From the human T2T-CHM13v2.0 reference genome, Homo sapiens, in assembly GCF_009914755.1 (NCBI RefSeq), contig NC_060936.1: a stretch of DNA of 64,000 nt, one strand, 5' to 3'. The position numbers and the translations under genes are program-made. Positions 18,479 through 36,000 of this stretch are shown piece by piece. The notes below the pieces were generated by a model that worked only from the letters and a program-made list of their open reading frames with translations, searched no databases and was not told the origin of the DNA. How positions within the stretch are numbered: position 1 is the first letter of the stretch; the number at the start of each line of letters is the position of its first letter.

Positions 18479-21167
18479 TATCGCTAATTCCTCCCTCGCA
18501 TCCTTTGTATCAATGCTGTCATTCATTTCACTTACACATAAAGTATAAACATTGAAGACATTGTTGCTATTATTATTTTGAACGAACATTTATCTGTTAG
18601 ATCTTATTTCTTCTCTAATGCTTTTCCTTTCTTTATGTAGATCCGAGTTTCTGACCTATATAATTTTCCTTCTTGGTGAAGAGCTTCTTTTAACATTTCT
18701 TGCAAGGCAGGACTACTGGCAACATATTCTCTTCATTTTTGTTTGTCTTGAGAAAGTCTTTATTTTTTCTTCATTTTTGAAGGATAATTTAGCAAGATAT
18801 AGAATTCCGTGTTGCTGTTTTCTCACCCAACAGTAAATATTTTACTCCAGTCTTTTCTTGCTTGCAAGGTTTCTGTGAGGAAGTGAGATTTAATTCTTAT
18901 CTTTGTTCCACTATAGATAAGTTGTTTCCCCCCCAACCATGGCTTCTTTCAGGATTTTTGTTATCTTTCATTTTCTACAGTTTGAATATAATATACACAG
19001 GTATTTTTTTATGTCTGACACTAATTTTTGGAAATTCTCAGTCATTACTTTCTCCAATATTTATTATGTTGCTTTCTCTATTTCTTGTTCTAGTATTCCT
19101 TTTACACAAGTTACATCTTTCATAGTTTCCCCCACAGTTCTTGCATATTCTGTTCTTCTTTTCTCAGTCTTTTTTTATTTTTGCTTTTCAGTTGAGAAAG
19201 AACTGAAAAAACAGTTCTATTGACATACCCTCAAGCTCAGATTCTAATGTCAGCTGTGTCTAGTCTACTAATGAGCCCACAAAAGGCGTTCGTCATTTCT
19301 GTTATAATGTTTTTTATCTCTAGCATTTATTTTTTATTATTAGAATTTCTGTCTATCTGCTTTCATTACCCATCTGTTCTTGCATGTTGTGTACCTTGTT
19401 CATTTGTGCTCTTAGCTTGTTAATCATGGTTGTTTTAAATTCCCGATCTAATAATTCCAATATCCCTGCCATATCTGAGTGTGGTTCTGGTACTTGCTCT
19501 GTCTTTTCAAACTGTTTTCTACCTTGAAGTATGCTTTGTAATTTTTTTGTTGAAAATGGATGGAAGAAACTGATAAATAAGCTTTAGTAATGTAGTGATG
19601 AGGTATGAGGTGAGGGGAGGTATTCTATAGACCTATGAGTAGAATTAGGTCTCAGTCTTTTAGTGAGCCTGCGCCCCTTGGCTGTGAACTTCACAAGTGC
19701 TTCTGAGGCTTTTTTCACCTCTTTAAGTAGGGTCAGCATAGCTGGAGGGAGCTGGGGTTGGGTATTTCCCTTTCTCCAGCTAGACCAGGCTCTGATAAAA
19801 CCTCAGCAGGGCTGCCTGTGGTTAAATAGTTGTTCCTGACGGCAGACTGCCTTAAGAACAGAATGCTCTGTCTATTTCAAAATGGTTCTTTGTCTGCTCC
19901 CCCTACTGGAAGCATGAGATTCTTCTCACATTTTCTCTGTGAGGACCTGGTGGAGCCCCTGGAGTAAAACTAAGTATGCTTCTCTAAGAGTGGGCTCCCC
20001 TGGAATTCTCAACACTCAAACTTATCCACACGGAGCCTCCGGCAATTTACCAATTATGGCTCAGGGTTTTCTACCCAAATACTGGTTCCTGTGGAGATTT
20101 CTGCTCATGGGTTACTACTCTGGTAAGTTGGGATTCTCTGTAATTGCTTCTTTAACTCTCCAGTTGGAAGGCAGTGGTTTGCCCTGTAATCTTAGTTCTC
20201 TGACAGATGAAGAAGAGTTGTTGCTTTTCATTTTTTCCATTTTTTACTTTTTGTTAGAATGTAGTGATGACTTTCAACCTCCTGAAGTGCCAGACCCCAA
20301 ACTAAAAGTCCCTCTAGTCTCTCTTGCTCTTTAAATCAGAGCTGAGGTTTTCTACCCTTTGTTTCCCCTCTGTGCTGATACCTGTTCCACTGAGCTCCCA
20401 TTGATCACCATCAAAAGATCAACGGTCATTATCACACAGACATGCAAACATCCTTCTCATGCTTCCATCTTATTACAGATACATGAGTCTGCTGTAATTC
20501 TGAGATGAAAATGACATATGCCACCCACTAAAAGCTGAAGCTCAATCTGGGTCCAGCTGCAGAGGAGCAGTCCTCTCTTCAATTCCCAACAGTCCTGCCC
20601 ATCATAACTACACTCAGGAGTTCCCATCTGACAAATAAGTTGTCCTTATCTTCCCTTGCAGTGTCCCTGAATGGTGTGTGATGTACCTTCTGATGCAGTC
20701 TGCATTTCTGCACTGCTTTTCTTTGCTCTCTTTGCCTTCTTTTGTTCTGTTGAATAAAGGAGATTGAGAATATGAACTTTCTGTTAGATTGCCTTGCTGA
20801 CCATGTGCTGGTTTAGAAACATTCTCATCCCACAAACATTCCTCATCTTTGAGGAACTGCCCCTCTCCACACCGACAACTCACCATGCTCCACACCCTAC
20901 TCTGTCAGTCAGTGATTCTGGAGGACACTCTGGGTGGACGATCACCAATGTTGTATAAGCCCCAAAAGCTGTTAGGACAAGTTCCCGGTGTGCCAGGCAA
21001 AGTCTGTTCTCTTTCCCCAGCTGAAAAGCTCCAGGACAGCAGGCTACTGGCAGGATACCTCGCCAGCCTCGAGTAAAGGCCAGACCCTTACCCAGATCTG
21101 AGAGACCAACTAGATGCCAGTTGGCTTGAGACTTGGAGCAGGCATTGCCATCCCAGTCACTTGTGAA

Positions 21168-21360
21168 TAGGGTTGTTCAGACAAAATAGAGAATGCCCAG
21201 TTAAATTTAAATTTCAGATAAACAACAAAAAATATACAGTAAGTATGTTCCACATGTTGCATGGAACATACTTATACTAAAAAAAATTATTTATTGTTTC
21301 TCTGAAATTCAATCTGAACGGCACATCCTGTATTTTTGTTTGCTAAATCTGGCAACCCTG
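21168..21360. mobile_element. MER53 palindromic hAT MITE
   Basis: TIRs tagggttg...caaccctg; central perfect 13-bp stem taagtatgttcca/tggaacatactta; 8-bp TSD-like CTTGTGAA/CCTATGAA. Confidence 0.85.
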
Positions 21361-22292
21361 CCTATGAAGTCATCCTGCCTTTATATGGAATCACAGACAA
21401 GGGCACAGGTTGTTTACTGGGCTACTGCTTTGGATTTCTCCTGTAAGGGGCAGACAATAGACAAGGACCAAGCTTAAGACCCTTCCTCCAAATCATCCGC
21501 ATTAACTAACCCATAGGTTGCTTAGAAGTCTTGTTCAGTTTCTAAATATTTTTGAATTGTTGAGATATATTTCATTACTGCTTTCTAATTTAATATGCCA
21601 TGATCGTGGAACATAGTCAGTATGTTTTCAATATTTTGAAGTGTATTGAGACTGTTTTATGGCTTAGCATATTACTTATCTTTGTGAATGTCCTTTGTGA
21701 GAAGAATGCTGTTGTGGGTACTGTTTTGTAGTTCTTTGTATATTCTGAATACAATTTCACATATATATAAAAATTATGTATATATATAATATTTATATAT
21801 ATTCAAAATTTTGCGGGGTTGTGGCTTACTGTTTTGCTCTCTTCATGTTGTTTTATGAACAAAGTTTATCAATTTTTTAAGGTAAGCTTTTTTCTATCCC
21901 ATTTAAGAAATTTTTGCCTATCCTCACTCCATAAAGATATCTTCTGTTTTCTTCTGAATGAATTATTGTTTTACCTTTCACATACAGGACTATAATACAA
22001 CTGAAAATGATTTTTATCTATGGGATGAAGTAGAAATCGTAATACATTTTTCCCATATAGACAGCCAACTAACCTTGCACCATTTATTGAAAAGACTATC
22101 CTTTTTCTATTGCACTGTAATAGTACCTTTGTTGTAAATCAATTGAGTCAATATGTAGTTTGCTTCTAGATTCTATATACTATCTCATAGGTCCATTTGT
22201 CAATCATTTCCCCAGCACCATACTTTCTTAATTACTACAACTTTATAATAAGTTTCAGTATCTGGAACTATAAGTCTTCCAACTTTATTCAT

Positions 22293-22935
22293 CATTTTTT
22301 AAAATTTAATTTGATACTAAGTTCCGGGATACATGTGCAGGATCTGCCAGTTTGTTACATAAGTAAACATGTGCCGTGGTGGTTTACTGCATCTATCAAC
22401 CCATCACCTAGGTTTTAAGCCCCGCATGCATTAGCTGTTTATCCTGATGCTCTCCCTTCCCCCAACCCCTTTGATAGGCCCCAGCATGTGTTGTTCCCCT
22501 CCCTGTCTCCATGTGTTCTCACTGTTCAGCTCCCACTTATAAGTGGGAACATGTGGTGTTTGGTTTTCTGTTCGTGCATTAGTTTGCTAAGGATAATGGC
22601 TTCCAGCTCCATCCATGTCCCTGCAAAGGACATGATTTCGTTTCTTTTTATGGCTCCATAGTATTCTGTGGTGTATACGTATCACATTTTCTTTTTCCAG
22701 TCTATCATTGATGGGCATTTGTGTTGGTTTCATGTCTTTGCTATTGTGAATAGTGCTGCAGTAAACATACACATGCATGTATCTTTATAATAGAATAATT
22801 TCTATTCCTTTGGGTATATACCCAGTAATGGGATTCCTGGGTCAAATGGTATTTTTGGTTCTAGATTTTGAAGACTCATCACACTGTCTTCCACAATGGT
22901 TGAACTAATTTACATTCCCACCAACAGTGTAAAAG
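22293..22935 (-). mobile_element. 5'-truncated L1PA (primate L1) 3' end
   Basis: aagttccgggatacatgtgcagg...cccacttataagtgggaacatg...ttccacaatggttgaactaatttacattcccaccaacagtgtaaaag is L1PA 3' UTR and ORF2 end. Confidence 0.9.
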
Positions 22936-22987
22936 CTGTTCTTCTTTTTTAGGGTTGTTTTGACTATTTTAGCTCCTTTTCATTTCC

Positions 22988-23294
22988 TGTCTTAGTTCAT
23001 TTTGTGCTGCTATAATGGAATAGCTGAGTCTGGGTAGTTTAAAAAACCAAAAATTTATTTCTCACAGTTCCGGAGGCTGGGAAGTCCAGGATCAAGATAC
23101 TGACAGGTTTGGTTGTCTAATGGGGGCTACATTCTTTGGAGGGGAGGAATGCTATCTCCTCAACTGGCAGAAGAGTAGAAGAGCAACCTAACTGAATCCT
23201 GTGTGAAGCTTCTGAACTCTGAAAGTCCCCATTTCTAAATATCATTACATTGGCAACATCCAAATTTTGGAGGCAATACATTCAAATCATAGCA
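22988..23294. mobile_element. MaLR solo LTR (MST/MLT1A-like)
   Basis: tgtcttagttcattttgtgctgctataa...aatttatttctcacagttccggaggctgggaagtcc...ttcaaatcatagca; 5-bp TSD TTTCC/TTTCA. Confidence 0.75.
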
Positions 23295-23974
23295 TTTCAA
23301 CACAAATTTTAGAATAGATTTATCAATTTCCACAAAAAATCTGTGAAAATTTGATTGAAATTGCATTAAACCCATAGTTCAATTTGGAGAAATTGATGTA
23401 TTTACAATATTAAGTTTTCCAATCCATGAAGATATCATATACCTTTGTTTATTAGGTCTTCTTTAATATTTTCAAAAGGATCATTTTAGTTTTTTGTCTT
23501 ACACATCTTTGGTTAAGTTTATTTCTAGGTATTAGATTTTTTATGCTACTAAAAATATCTTTCAAATTTTGTTTTCTAACTGTTGTTTTCTAGTGTACAA
23601 AAGTATAATTGATATTTGTATATTGATTTTCTGGTGACCTTGATACATTCACTTATTAATTCTAGTAGTTTGTAGATTATTTTAATTTTCTATATATACA
23701 ATTATGTCATATGTGATCGCCTGCAGTTTGCTTTTCTTCTGATCCAGAAGATGCTTATTTCTTTGTCTTGCCTTATTGCAATGGCTAAGATCTCCAGTAT
23801 AAAGTTGAGTAATCATTGTGATAATAGTTATCCTTACCCCCTTTTTGTTCAATGGAAAAGTTTCATTTACTATTAAGTATAATATTTTTTGTTTTTTTGG
23901 GCGGCCATTTGATTTATCTCCCTTTATTCTATTCATTTTGTATATTACATGATTTTTTAAACATTAAACCATCT

Positions 23975-24278
23975 TGACTGCACTGATGCTTGACTGCTGA
24001 CAACTTCTAAGCAAGCCCCTTGCCTCCCTTTCCTATTATGCTCATTATCTGGAAAAACTGATATGAAAACCGAGGTGTTCCTTCCTTTGGCAGTGATAGC
24101 AACTTCCAACTTCAAACCACATGCAGGCCCCACCCCTAATTACCATAAAAAACCTGATGCTATAAAAAACCCTGCTCACTCAAGCCACTTTTGGACCAGC
24201 TTGGAAGTCCTGCCTTGCTTTCCTCAGAAAGCCTTATTATTTGAGTTAAATATCCGTTCACCCCCTCTTGGAGTGTGT

Positions 24279-24323
<45 letters not shown>

Positions 24324-24394
24324 TGTCATCAGTCTCAACAGCTAAACGAAATTTTGTGTGGCTGTCCATCTTGCCTCTGGAAGGTGGTCATGAC
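23975..24394 (+). mobile_element. ERVL LTR (LTR47-like), 5' LTR of a decayed provirus
   Basis: Similar to recalled LTR47 (ctgatatgaaaaccgaggtgttccttcctttggc...ttcaaaccacatgcaggcccc); TATAAAAA at 24161-24168; followed directly by internal pro/pol remnants. Confidence 0.6.
24273..24322 (+). repeat. (TG)21 microsatellite within the LTR
   Basis: Perfect TG run 24281-24322, preceded by gtgtgtgg. Confidence 0.97.
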
Positions 24395-27050
24395 AATCAG
24401 CACTGTGAGCCTGCTAGATGTCTAGATGATGACTGCTTCCACCGGAGTCTTTTCTTTCTTGCTTTGGCTTCCAGTCTGGCTCTGCTGTCTTGCTCTGGGT
24501 TGCTGTGTGCTGACTAGGGGGCTCTTTGAGTTGTGTTGCTGCCTGCTGGCAAACTTGCCCTTTGAGCTGTGTTGCTTTGGGCTGCATTTGCTGAGTTCTG
24601 CTGAGCCTCTGTTACAGATTTAATTGACCCAAGTCAGAAGTTTCAAAAACTGGGATTTAAGGACAGGAGTATGGGATTGGGGGCCCTCTTAGGGAGGCCC
24701 TGAATCGTGTTCCTCAGCCCAGACCTGTCTGTATATACCGTATTGAATTGTATTTCTTGATTCCAGCATAAACTGGGACTGATGCTAAGCTAAGGGGAAT
24801 GGCTCTTACCCCGTGACTACTGGTTGTGTGTCTCAAGCGGGTGCCGGCCCTAATTCTACGGAGTTTTCAGGGAAAAGACTGATATGTGGTCCCTTCTGGT
24901 GGTCACTCATGTGGAAGAAGAGCAGTTACTACGTGGCATGCTGAAGCCACGCTCCTAAAAACAGATGGCAGCCAGGCGCGGTGGCTCACGCCTGTAATCC
25001 CAGCACTTTGGGAGCCCACGGCAGGTGGATCACCTGAGGTCAGTAATTTGAGACCAGCCTGACCAACATGGAGAAACCCCGTCTCTACTAAAAACACAAA
25101 ATTAGCCGGGCATGGTGGCGCATGCCTTTAATCCCAGCTCCTGGGAAGGCTGAGGCAGGAGAATCACTTGAACCTGGGAGGAGGAGGTTGTGGTGAGCCA
25201 AGCTTGCGCCATTACTCTCCAGCCTGGGCAACAATAGCAAAACTCTGTAGGAAAAAAAAAAAAAACAAAAAACCAGAGTGCTTACTAACTAGAGTCCTGT
25301 AAAATGTCTTGGCTGCTGTTGCTGCTGTTGCTCCTGTTGCCACCGCTGCCGCTGCCTATGCCTCTGTTACCAGAAAAGATCCTCATCCTCCGGGTTATAG
25401 GAGAAAACACACATGGCACAGCCAAAGGGTTAATTCAACTATTTCCATGGGGGAGGCCTCGAGCCCTGACAATACAGATTTGAGACTCCTTGGAGGAATA
25501 AATATATAAATATGGGCAGAGTAGAGAGAATTCCTCTCCTGCCAAATTATATTCAGAAACCACAAGAAAGATAGAGAGAGAGAGAGAAACCTGAAAACAG
25601 GGAGAAGAAACAAAAAATTAAAACAAAGATCCATAATTTGATACAATTGGAAATCCAAAATTGGCTAAAATAATTTATACATCTAAAAGATAAAAAGGTG
25701 TGCAGGCTGTCTTGGTGTCTCCACCACATAAATTCTGAATTTACTTTCACATTTGCTGACATACAATAATTGACAATTCTTCATGGTCTTAATCCATACT
25801 GAAGCTCAAATAATACTTATACCTGGGGATCCTATTAAATTTAAACAAGGTACCCCTGTAATCTTGGGGAAGTTAATGAACAAAAAATAGAGAACAAACA
25901 GGCATGCCTCACTTTAATTAGCAGAACTACTGACTTGCTTAAATTTCCCACGATCATAGCATCCTCTAACGTTTCCCACAATGGGCATGGACAGTCTAAC
26001 CCAATAAGTCATAAATTAAAATTAAATCAAGTCCTTGGCATTTATAAATTGGTTTGGCAAAATGGGACACCATGGGCCTCCCCAAGCCCTAGTTAAAATA
26101 GTTAATATGCCCCAGTGTAAATTAAAACAGGACCTTTAAGGAGTGAAGCCCATTAAACAGGATCTATTTAGAGAAGGGTTGTTTATATCCATTATTTTTC
26201 CATCAACAACCTAATTTGGCCTATTTTTAAACTTGGGAAAAATGAATGGTGCCTCACAGTGGATTACCACAACCATAATGTCATGGTCATGCCTACTAAG
26301 GCTCCATACCCAATATTACTGAAATTATTGACTTATCCAATTGGCAGCTGGTAGATATTTCCTTCTTATGGATTTGGCTGTCAAATATTCTGTTGAATGC
26401 CCGTTGCAACAGCTTCTCAGTCACAACTCGCTTCACCACCAAGGCGGCATGACACAGCTTTCCCAGATACTCAGGGATTGCCTCAGCAGCCCTGCCATGA
26501 CATGCAATTTTTGCAGTCAAGCTCTTAAATGCATCTGACTTTCTCCAGGAGTACAGATATGATTTACATTGCTGAATCCTCCTCCAAAGAGATGCATTTG
26601 ATACACGCGTTCAGGACATATAGATACCAAGGAGCTCAGAAAAAAAGGGTTTGCCGTTGTCCCACAGGTCATGCAAAGTCCTGCCACATTAAATTTCAGA
26701 AATTATTTGGTAAACCAAGAGCTACTCCATCCCTGACACTGTCAAAAAATAGCTATTGAGCATCTTAGCGCCCACAATATTACAATAGGACCAACATCTT
26801 TTAGGTCTTTTGAGGTCCTGAAGGCAACATATTCTTCATTTACAAACTTTACTTAAGCCCAAATATGCTGCTACTTGCAAATCATCTCACCTTGCATAGG
26901 GCCCTCTTTAACAAAAGGCTCTAAAATCTGTCTAAATTGTAGTACAATGCACATGCCCGTTAATGCCCTCCAGAGACTCCTTCATTGCAGAGACTTTATA
27001 ATCTCTGTGCTTCTTGGAGTCTCTGGGCCACCCCCAATAGCCACTTTCCC
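24395..27050 (+). mobile_element. ERVL (class III) internal region with decayed protease and RT
   Basis: 25780-25833 translates FMVLIHTEAQIILIPGDP (a decayed LIDTGA protease motif). About 26205-26280 gives NNLIWPIFKLGKNEWCLTVDYHNHN (RT WRLTVDYR motif). GRYFLLMDLA at about 26350 is RT motif A. Multiple stops and frameshifts. Confidence 0.8.
24970..25272 (+). mobile_element. AluS (Sq/Sp-like) inside the ERVL
   Basis: gccaggcgcggtggctcacgcc...accaacatggagaaacccc...A-rich tail. Confidence 0.93.
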
Positions 27051-27192
27051 TTAAATGTTATCCCATTCTCCCTGTGAATCATCAAAAGAACCAATCACAT
27101 CTGGGTAGACTGACCCTCATGGTATCTCTAGGCTGATTGTAAACCTAGAAAAAAAAAACAATTCTGCACACCAGCTTATATTATAAAAGCAT

Positions 27193-27198
27193 TTTATT
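27193..27198 (-). terminator. KRT5 polyadenylation signal AATAAA
   Basis: Plus-strand tttatt about 345 bp downstream of the stop codon, followed on the sense strand by GT/T-rich sequence (GGTGTGCAGAATTGTTTTTTTTT). Confidence 0.85.
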
Positions 27199-27542
27199 GA
27201 ACACATTCTGGAGGTAGTTAGAACCAAAACAAAATTTGGGATTGGGGTGGGGATTCTGTTTTGATGATTTAGATTTGGGAAAACTTTGGGTTCTCGTGTC
27301 AGCAGGGGCCATGCTGTGGGAAACCTGAAGGCTGATTTGAAGCAGAATATAGAACTGCGGCACGGGAGACCAGGGGCTGGGAATGGGGCTCTCCTGGGAA
27401 CCAAAGAATGTGGTTCTGCAATTGGCTTGGTCTAGACTACTCTCCAGAAAAGGATAAAACATGGCTTGAGCAACTGCCTAGAAGAGGCAATCTCCATGGG
27501 CTGGGTTGCTGCACTTGGAAGGCAGTGACTTGCAGCAGGTTC

Positions 27543-32933
<5,391 letters not shown>

Positions 32934-33017
32934 CTAGTGGGTTGGGAGGTGCTGGAGAGAACAGAGCTCAGCAGGACGCAGAAGGTGGCTCTGTTACCCA
33001 GGAACGGTGATGCCCCC

Positions 33018-33099
33018 TTTTTATCCCCTCCAGAACTGGGCTGGGCGAGAGAGCTGTCGAGCTGTGAATGATTAAGTGGGCTGGGCATGCCTGGGGGGC
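33018..33099 (-). promoter_or_regulatory. KRT5 core promoter: GATAAAAA TATA-like box, two GCCCAGCCC boxes, p63-type half-site, AP-2-like CCCCAGGC
   Basis: tttttatc at 33018-33025; gggctgggc at 33038-33046 and 33078-33086; GGGCATGCCT at 33083-33092; gcctggggggc at 33089-33099. Confidence 0.7.
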
Positions 33100-36000
33100 A
33101 GCTGTGAGCTCACCGGTCACACCTGCACAGTGGTGTGGGGTGCAAACGCTTTCTTCCTGGCAGGCTCTGCTCAGTTAGAAATAACCTTGCCTTGCAGCAC
33201 TGATCTCTTGGCAGCAAGTTGGTGACGCTGCTAGCAAGTATGTCTTCACCATAGAGGCTGGGGGCTGTGAGCAGCCCAAAAAGGATGCCAGGAACTGAGG
33301 GGGCATTGGCATGGCCAGTGTCCTGGGGACTCTTACAGGACCAGGAGTATTGACAACCATCCCAGTACGGTACATGCTGAGCACCTGCCCTTCCAGCTTG
33401 GGGAAGCTGTCCATCAGCGGGGGGCAAACGATTCCCCAGTGATCTGCTCTTACACTTTTCCAGGCAGCAGGTTGCTGCAGGGTTTTCCCCTCTGGGAAAG
33501 GCAATCTGTAGCCTTATATTCTTGGTTATGTGCTAGAGGGAAAATAGAGTTTCATCCTTTTCTGCACAATTTTTTTCTTAGGGAAGGCACAGCTATCCCA
33601 GAGCCCACTGGGCAGATCTGCCTGCAAGGTTTAGGCCAGAGAATGTGGGAAGCCCTCAGCGCCCCCTATAAACCACTTTGACCTCTTTAAGGCCAGGTTT
33701 ATCCTTCCATAGCTCCTCCTAACTCAGCATTTTTTCTGCCCTTTGACCTTTTCCTTGCTCTTTGGCCTGGGCAGGACTCTGTGGGGGGTTTAGGAAACCC
33801 GGGGATCCCATGCAATCCCTTAAAAAAAAACCCTGACACTCATGGGCTATAGCGTCTCTCTTTGGGGGTAGCTACTCTGCCGGTTCCCCAGCCCCCCAGG
33901 TGTGTTCCAGCAAGCTCTATTCCACTAGGGAAGAAATGAGTCATCGTATGTGTTGATACAGGCTGAAGGCCGCCACAAACACATACCTTCAGGAGCTTCT
34001 AATCTCATCAGGAACATGTTGAGAGTCTGACGGCCTGTTATAACGGCGAACCACCCTGTTCCAAGCAGCGGGACTTGCTCTGCTTTCTCTATGCTGTAGC
34101 CCACAGCCTCCTTCAGGGCCAAGGCAATGGAAAACGGGATTCTAAGTCTATGGATTGTCCTGCCAGAAAGGCTAGCCAGAGCAGGCCTGTGGGCCCAGGC
34201 AGCTGGCATGACAATCTGCCAGCTGCTTTAGGGAGGGCCCTTTGAGATCCCCTCTGCAAAACTTGTCTGGGGGGTTGTGGCACCAGGTGGAGGAAAGGGG
34301 GTTTCTGATGAGGTTTTAACACACGTCTGTTCTAAACCACACCCACTCTTTTTGGCAGCAGATCTGAGTGGGGCCACCTCTCTGCCGTCCCCCAAATAGA
34401 AGCAGGGCTCTCAGGCAGGACAGTGCTTGGGCTGTTCAGAGTTTCGGGGGCGCCCTGTGGCCCGAGGCTGGAGGTAGGAATGCAATGGGGATGGCTTCAA
34501 AGCCTCAGGGAGGAGGGGCTATATTCTCAAGAGTAGAAGAACAGGACCAGACCCAGGCTCAGGAATCTCTCACCAGGGCCTGCGGTTGGCCACAAGGAAG
34601 CCAAGGCAGTGGGAAAATGACTCCCTGGTGCTGAGGATCAGCTGAAACAGTGACTTCTCACCAGAGGGCTGCGATGAGCAAGCAGCTGACAGGTCAATCT
34701 CGGCAGACAGACCAATGGCCGGAGCCGGTCTTACAGGTCTTGAGCAAAATGGTTTGGGTGGCCTCCCTGGCTGGAGCATTTCTGAGACCCTCAGAGATGA
34801 ATTGTGCTGAGCTCACCATTTTCACATTTGGTTGCTTTCTGGAGAACAGATGTGAGTGTCCTGGAGGCCTGAGACATACCAGGGGACCCTCGGCTCCTGA
34901 TAGAACAGAACAGATCCAAGCCTGAAGCAAGTGTCTGAGGACTCGTAGTGGGATGCTCCCGCTCCACTCAAAGATCGATATCGGGGTATATCCCCACCAC
35001 CACATACACTCACAGGTCCCGGGTACAGACCTCACTGCCCTCAGGGAAGCCCCACCCCTCCTGAGACACTGGGACATTCTCTTCTCCCCATTCATTCTCC
35101 TCCCAGCTGTGTTGTGAAGAAAGAGGACTTGGCAGAGCAGGAATGCGTTCTGGCTAGTCTGAGGATTGCTAGAGTGTGCCAAGCTCAGATCCATGTGCCA
35201 GGGACCAACGGTGAGTGTGTGGTGCTCCATGGGAGCAGGGAGCATGTGGGTGCTCCATGGGAGAAGCAGCAGCACTCTTCTATCCGAGCTTCGTGGGAAT
35301 CCTCCCATGAGCAGGCAGGGCAGCCCCTCCCTCAATGCCAGACCTGGACAGGTATAAATAATGGAGCCGCTCCTGGTGGGGAGCCAGGCACCAGCACCAC
35401 TGCAGCTCGGGAGAGTCCCACCCCAGCCTGGAATTTCACTGTGGCAGGAAGGGAGGGATTGTGTTAGGCTCACCAGGGAGCTTTCCTGCTGGGCACCCCA
35501 CAGAGGCAGTTCCCAGGCTTGGTGGGACATGTTGCTCAGCTTCTCCTCTGGGTGCTGCTTTCCTTGTCAGCAGAAGACAGTGCAGGGCCCGCCCTGCTGC
35601 TCTCCCCATCAGAGAAAGGACAGTAAGCTGGCTGCCCTGACCTCTCTCGCAGAGCTGTGCAGGGAATGTAGGACCTGGTCAGCATTTCATACATGGAGAA
35701 GCCCTTCACAGACACCAGGGAGAGGGTGGTATCCATTCGTGGAACAAGGGTTAGGCAAATCCTGCCATCCCAGCCCAGGATTCCTTCTCCTCAGAGCCTC
35801 CACTCCAATCTGTAGGGCTTTAGTAGAAGATACATTTAATAGAGCATGATAAATAGAACATGTTCCATAAAACAGCATTTGTACATATCCTCTAAGTCCC
35901 CCCCAGCAGGGCAGTCTCCAAGGTTAGGGAACATCTCTGCATGGCCCACACCCTCAGCCCAGCCTTGGGCACTGGAAGTGTTCTGCAGATATTTTTTGGA

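Larger units (their letters stand above)
21520..23970 (-). mobile_element. Degenerate L1M fragments hosting an L1PA 3' end and a MaLR LTR
   Basis: Antisense L1 ORF2-like T-rich sequence, for example ttgcaccatttattgaaaagactatcc and gattgaaattgcattaaacccatagttcaatttggaga. Confidence 0.7.

Noticed and set aside
34694-35530. 278-aa minus-strand ORF upstream of KRT5
   Set aside because: No recognisable domain; the composition is typical of GC-rich non-coding DNA, and there is no supporting poly(A) or splice structure.
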